A stretch of DNA of 20,000 bases, from IMG/VR virus record IMGVR_UViG_3300043466_003414; one strand, given 5' to 3'. The DNA comes from an uncultured virus (IMG/VR IMGVR_UViG_3300043466_003414). Lineage: Duplodnaviria; Heunggongvirae; Uroviricota; Caudoviricetes. The notes beneath the pieces were generated by a model. That model did not search any database and had not been told where the DNA came from. It was given only the letters and a program-made list of their open reading frames with translations. A program made the translations under genes and the position numbers. How positions within the stretch are numbered: the stretch's first letter is position 1; each line of letters begins with the position of its first letter. This document shows, in pieces, positions 16,520 to 20,000 of this stretch.

Positions 16520-16960
16520 TTATGTTAAATCAAATTCAAAGACAATAGATTTGTCAAACATAGCTTTATAAATTTCTTCAAAATTTATTTTTGAAATAAC
16601 AATATTCATAGAATCATCATCTTTTTCAGTTTCTATAACCTTACGTTCTTTTTCAAAATAAGTTCTAAATCTTTTTACTTCTATTCTTGGTCTTGGACTT
16701 ATTAATGTTGATGGTTTATTGTTTTCGTGTAATCCATATTGAATTATTTTTTCATAATCTTTTTCAGTAAAATTTTTAGGATTTTCTCCATTTTCTATTT
16801 TTTTTATCAAATTAATATCTGAATTATGTATGTAAAAATGATATAAATTAACCATCGTTGAAATTTTGTGTGCTTTAGGTTTATAGAATTTTTCTTCTTT
16901 AAAATCAAAAGCATACATTGTATATCCTTTATCTATTAAAAATTCTTCAAATTTTGTCAT
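16520..16960 (-). CDS. Hypothetical protein
   Basis: 146-aa ATG ORF, particularly AT-rich. Confidence 0.7.
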   Translation of the reverse strand: MTKFEEFLIDKGYTMYAFDFKEEKFYKPKAHKISTMVNLYHFYIHNSDINLIKKIENGENPKNFTEKDYEKIIQYGLHENNKPSTLISPRPRIEVKRFRTYFEKERKVIETEKDDDSMNIVISKINFEEIYKAMFDKSIVFEFDLT

Positions 16961-16970
16961 TTGTTTTGTT

Positions 16971-17045
16971 TTAATTAGTTATATATCCTACCAGAATAAA
17001 CTTTCCGTAACACCATTTGTAATAGGGTATTTTTTGTTCTTTCAT
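16971..17045 (-). CDS. Possible 24-aa peptide MKEQKIPYYKWCYGKFILVGYITN
   Basis: Fills the gap; ATG 2 bp after the upstream stop. Confidence 0.45.
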   Translation of the reverse strand: MKEQKIPYYKWCYGKFILVGYITN

Positions 17046-17047
17046 AG

Positions 17048-18088
17048 TTATTTCTTTTTAAATTGTTTGATAGCTTGACTTGGGTCAAATGCAAATTTGA
17101 TATTACCATCAAAATCTACATCGCTAACTAATTGCATTTTATTTCCAAAAGCAATCATATCTTCATCACTATACTTATTCTTGTCTTGTTCTTGTTGCCA
17201 TTTAGATTCTATTTCTAAAAGTTCATTTTCTATTCTATAAATAACGGAATCTAAAGTTTTTTGAACAAAAATATTTATTTGAGTTCTCATAAATTCATCT
17301 TCAATTGTGTCAATTGATTCTTTAACTGATATTTTAGTTTCTCTTAAATCTTTAAGTAAATCATTCATTGGACTTACTTTTTCAAGTGTTTCTTGTTTTT
17401 TAATAATACAACAACATACATCATTATTGCAGTTATCACAAGCTTCTTGTTTTACATATTCTAACAATCTATTCTTATCTTGTTCTTGTTGCCATTTAGC
17501 ACCGAGTTTAAAAGAAGTATAATCAAATTCAGAATAATCTAATTCATTTTTTATTCTCTTACAAGCTTCTTCAAGTGTTTCTTGTTTAGGTTCTTCTTGT
17601 GGAATAATGATTTTGTATTTATAAGTTAAAATCATATTGTTCAAAGATTCTGCCGATATAAAACTTGGAGGGTCTTGTAAGTAATTAAATCTTATTTTTG
17701 GATTTTTTGGAGAAACAAGTTCATCTTCTTCTTTATCAACCTCAACAAACTCACAACTTGGATTTTTAACAAACCACTCTAAAAATTCATCATCAATAGC
17801 TTGTACACCATCTTTGATTAAGTCTTGGTCTGTTGTTAGGATGATTTTTTTACAGCTTGGAGCCATATTTGCAATATCGAACAATTCTCCATTATTAATG
17901 TCGTTCCTATCTAAGTTTAACCAATAATCTCCTTCTTTAATTTCTTCATCAGAAGTGATGTAGATATGTCTATTACTTACCGACCCTCCTTGTGATGTAA
18001 CTGTATAACTAAATGCGTAATATTTTGCCTTTGTATTAAAATATAACCTACTTGGTTTATCTGTTGGTAATACGTGTATGTTTTTCAT
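17048..18088 (-). CDS. Mosaic phage protein with internal KQETLE / KWQQEQDKN repeats
   Basis: 346-aa ORF; two pairs of near-identical DNA repeats inside. Confidence 0.8.
   Translation of the reverse strand: MKNIHVLPTDKPSRLYFNTKAKYYAFSYTVTSQGGSVSNRHIYITSDEEIKEGDYWLNLDRNDINNGELFDIANMAPSCKKIILTTDQDLIKDGVQAIDDEFLEWFVKNPSCEFVEVDKEEDELVSPKNPKIRFNYLQDPPSFISAESLNNMILTYKYKIIIPQEEPKQETLEEACKRIKNELDYSEFDYTSFKLGAKWQQEQDKNRLLEYVKQEACDNCNNDVCCCIIKKQETLEKVSPMNDLLKDLRETKISVKESIDTIEDEFMRTQINIFVQKTLDSVIYRIENELLEIESKWQQEQDKNKYSDEDMIAFGNKMQLVSDVDFDGNIKFAFDPSQAIKQFKKK
17176..17587. repeat. Interleaved direct repeats: 30 bp (17176-17205 / 17470-17499, one mismatch) and 18 bp (17381-17398 / 17570-17587, identical)
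   Basis: tattctt(g/a)tcttgttcttgttgccatttag x2; ttcaagtgtttcttgttt x2. Confidence 0.9.
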
Positions 18089-18101
18089 AGCTTATTTGTT
18101 T

Positions 18102-18368
18102 TTAACGGCATTGACCTAATTGTGGACTTAATGATGGATTTGTTGTATCGTAAGTTTTTTCTCTTTGTATTTGCGTACAATCGTTAATTGTTGTGTAAAC
18201 GGAGTGATAAGTTATTGCTGGATTTTGTGGTGTACCAACAATATTAAAAGTAGAAACTTGAACAACTCTATCGCAATTACAATTTGGTTCTTCTGTGTTG
18301 TTTGATGAATCGTCTTGGCTACAAGCTACCATTCCAATAGCTAATGTAAATAATAATAGTTTTTTCAT
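18102..18368 (-). CDS. Small Cys-containing lipoprotein
   Basis: MKKLLLFTLAIGMVA-C lipobox followed by SQDD; four further Cys. Confidence 0.85.
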   Translation of the reverse strand: MKKLLLFTLAIGMVACSQDDSSNNTEEPNCNCDRVVQVSTFNIVGTPQNPAITYHSVYTTINDCTQIQREKTYDTTNPSLSPQLGQCR

Positions 18369-18409
18369 AAGTATAAAACGATTAACCTTTACATCGTGAG
18401 GTATTTTTA

Positions 18410-19258
18410 TTAAACTAATTCTGATAAAATTCTAAAAGCATTATTGTTTTTTTTATAACCACTTCCAACCATAACGTTTTCTAATTGATTATTTCTTTTT
18501 GTGTCAACGTGATTTGTTTTCCATGTAACTGCATTAAACAAACCCCATAAGGTTGCACCATGCGAATTAAACTCGGCATCCATTATTTCTTTAAATCTTC
18601 CAATGTCGTTAATCTTTCTTGTAGAAAAATCTTCAACTGGATTATCAAAATCTTCTGGTTTAAAATCAAATAAATCTGCTACAACAAGTTTTATTGCTTT
18701 GTTGCTTACTTTTACTTCAGACATTCTTTTAAATGTGTCCATAACCTCGTTTTCGGCTAACAACAATTCTCTAACTTGCTTTCTAGCAATTTCAAGTCTT
18801 TCTTTTGCCGAAGTAGTGTGTCTAAATTTTTGTACTTCTTTCATAGCTTTGTAAAAAGTATTTTGACAAACCACAACTGTATTAGAAAAACCAAATCCAA
18901 TAGAGGAAGAACCATCATGTGAATTTAAGATAGTTAAATATCTTTTGACTTCATCTCGGTCAATTATAACTGGGTCTATTTCGGTTTGATAAAAAACTTT
19001 TTTACCATTGTTAAGCATACCCCCATTATGTGAAGTAGAAATATCTTCAGTAGTTGCAATTAAAGTTTCAACAACTTCAAAGTTTTGTATTGGCTCATAT
19101 TGTTTGCCAATAGTACCTAACCAAAGGTTATTGTCATTTCTAAACATACCAAAAGATTCTGTTGCAAATCCGTTTTCGGTAATAAGTGGTAATTTGTTAA
19201 CTGTCCAGTTAGTAGAAGTTTGCTCAAGCAATTCTAAAGTTTGATTGTGTAAATCCAT
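18410..19258 (-). CDS. DUF932/DUF945-family phage/plasmid protein
   Basis: WTVNK.P, R.DNN..LG..GKQYEPIQN, LNNGKKVF, NSHDGSSS, VVCQNT, TLWGLFNAVT motifs. Confidence 0.88.
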   Translation of the reverse strand: MDLHNQTLELLEQTSTNWTVNKLPLITENGFATESFGMFRNDNNLWLGTIGKQYEPIQNFEVVETLIATTEDISTSHNGGMLNNGKKVFYQTEIDPVIIDRDEVKRYLTILNSHDGSSSIGFGFSNTVVVCQNTFYKAMKEVQKFRHTTSAKERLEIARKQVRELLLAENEVMDTFKRMSEVKVSNKAIKLVVADLFDFKPEDFDNPVEDFSTRKINDIGRFKEIMDAEFNSHGATLWGLFNAVTWKTNHVDTKRNNQLENVMVGSGYKKNNNAFRILSELV

Positions 19259-19267
19259 TTGTGTTAA

Positions 19268-19323
19268 TTTTAAAGTTCATAGCAAATGTATAAAATATTA
19301 TTTAGAATACAAATTATTGTTTA
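19268..19323 (-). promoter_or_regulatory. Conserved phage promoter with tandem operator (copy 5)
   Basis: TTTG(19313-19310)-N19-TACATTTG(19290-19283); boxes at 19292-19304 and 19311-19323; leader TGAACTTTAAAA at 19279-19268. Confidence 0.8.
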
Positions 19324-19446
19324 GAATATTTTTCAATACTTTTTTCTTATGGTTATTTTTTTTTCTATAAGTTTTTACTATTGTTTGTTTTTTGTTTTTT
19401 TAATAAAAATTGGAGCAAAAAACATAAAAAACCTTGTAAGCACCAA

Positions 19447-19700
19447 TAAAATCAATACTTAACAAAGGTTGATTTTTTTTTGACGAAAATTTATGCAAAA
19501 TTTAAACAAAATTAAAAACCTCTGCGAAACCCAATAAAATAAAGAACTATAAGAAAAATTTATTGAAATTAAAAAAACGATAGATTTAATCTTGTCGTGT
19601 TTTTGCACCATTTTTACGCTTTTTTGGTGTTTTTTCACTTTTTTCGGATGAAGAATTTTTTTTATGATGCGAAGTGTAGTAAAATCAATACTTAACAAAG
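19447..19700. repeat. Exact 21-bp direct repeat TAAAATCAATACTTAACAAAG at 19447-19467 and 19680-19700
   Basis: Read directly from the sequence. Confidence 0.9.
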
Positions 19701-19808
19701 ATTTTTATGTTAAAATTGAGTGCTTTTTTTGTGTTTTTTAAGCACCTATTAAAACGCTTGATTAAAGGGGGTAAAAAGGGGTGTTTTTTAGGTGTTTTTT
19801 TGAGCTAT

Positions 19809-19852
19809 TTTTTTAGACATTTTTTAGACATTTTTTAGACATTTTTTAGACA
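19809..19852. repeat. Perfect tandem repeat, 4 x 11 bp TTTTTTAGACA
   Basis: Read directly from the sequence; partial fifth unit follows. Confidence 0.95.
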
Positions 19853-20000
19853 TTTTTAAAATCCACCCAAACACTTCCCAAACAATTCCCACATTTAGTT
19901 CCATTTTTTTGATTAATTAATTGATTATCAGATTTAGAAAGTTCCAAACAAGTTCCAGAACAAGTCCCAGAATTTCAAAAACCCCCCACGACCAACCCAG

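Noticed and set aside
17176..17499. Repeat pair considered as a DGR template/variable repeat
   Set aside because: Only 30 bp long, the single mismatch is a synonymous GAC/GAT change, and no reverse transcriptase is in the window
1441..18854. The + strand ORFs of the track (e.g. 1441-1851, 1496-1774, 2805-3011, 4858-5046, 8786-9214, 9255-9485, 13369-13593, 13557-13907, 14163-14357, 14912-15118, 17307-17522, 18603-18854) and the nested - strand ORF 2880-3122
   Set aside because: They overlap well-supported - strand genes, have the S/F/L-rich composition of antisense shadows, and lack promoters or motifs
19008..19244. 78-aa + strand ORF
   Set aside because: Antisense shadow of the DUF932-family gene
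19459..19698. 79-aa - strand ORF
   Set aside because: TTG start, low-complexity K/F/I composition from homopolymer tracts, and both ends lie within the 21-bp direct repeats; more likely non-coding
19447..19852. Repeats considered as a CRISPR or mini-array
   Set aside because: The 11-bp units have no spacers, the 21-bp repeat has only two copies 233 bp apart, and no cas genes are present
1..20000. tRNA/rRNA genes, transposases, integrase, capsid or terminase genes, stop-codon recoding
   Set aside because: No recognisable motifs; genes tile densely under the standard code, so recoding is not indicated

Overview
Very AT-rich, gene-dense segment with almost all genes on the - strand. It is most consistent with a bacteriophage (or prophage) of a Bacteroidota/Flavobacterium-type host. 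The host inference rests on TTTG-N19-TAnnTTTG promoters, the absence of Shine-Dalgarno sequences, a Gln after a signal peptide and an acidic lipoprotein export signal. Read in transcription direction (right to left), the window has: (1) a ~680-bp repeat-rich non-coding region; (2) early/accessory genes (DUF932-like protein, lipoprotein, repeat-bounded mosaic protein, small membrane/secreted proteins); (3) a replication/regulation block (DEDDh exonuclease, XRE HTH, Phg_2220_C-type replication protein, OB-fold protein); (4) a sugar-modification cluster (two GT2, one LpxA-like acyltransferase, one GT4); (5) a lone + strand 38-aa membrane peptide with its own promoter and terminator; (6) a divergent operon with a 972-aa polyvalent protein (ART-PolyVal-like ADP-ribosyltransferase domain, modules separated by a recurring hydrophobic-x-x-GG motif), an acidic Gly/Gln-repeat protein and a MoxR/CobS-like AAA+ ATPase. 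Five intergenic regions share a promoter overlapped by a tandem 13-bp palindrome, a candidate phage regulon. Family assignments come from motif recognition by eye; no database searches were run.
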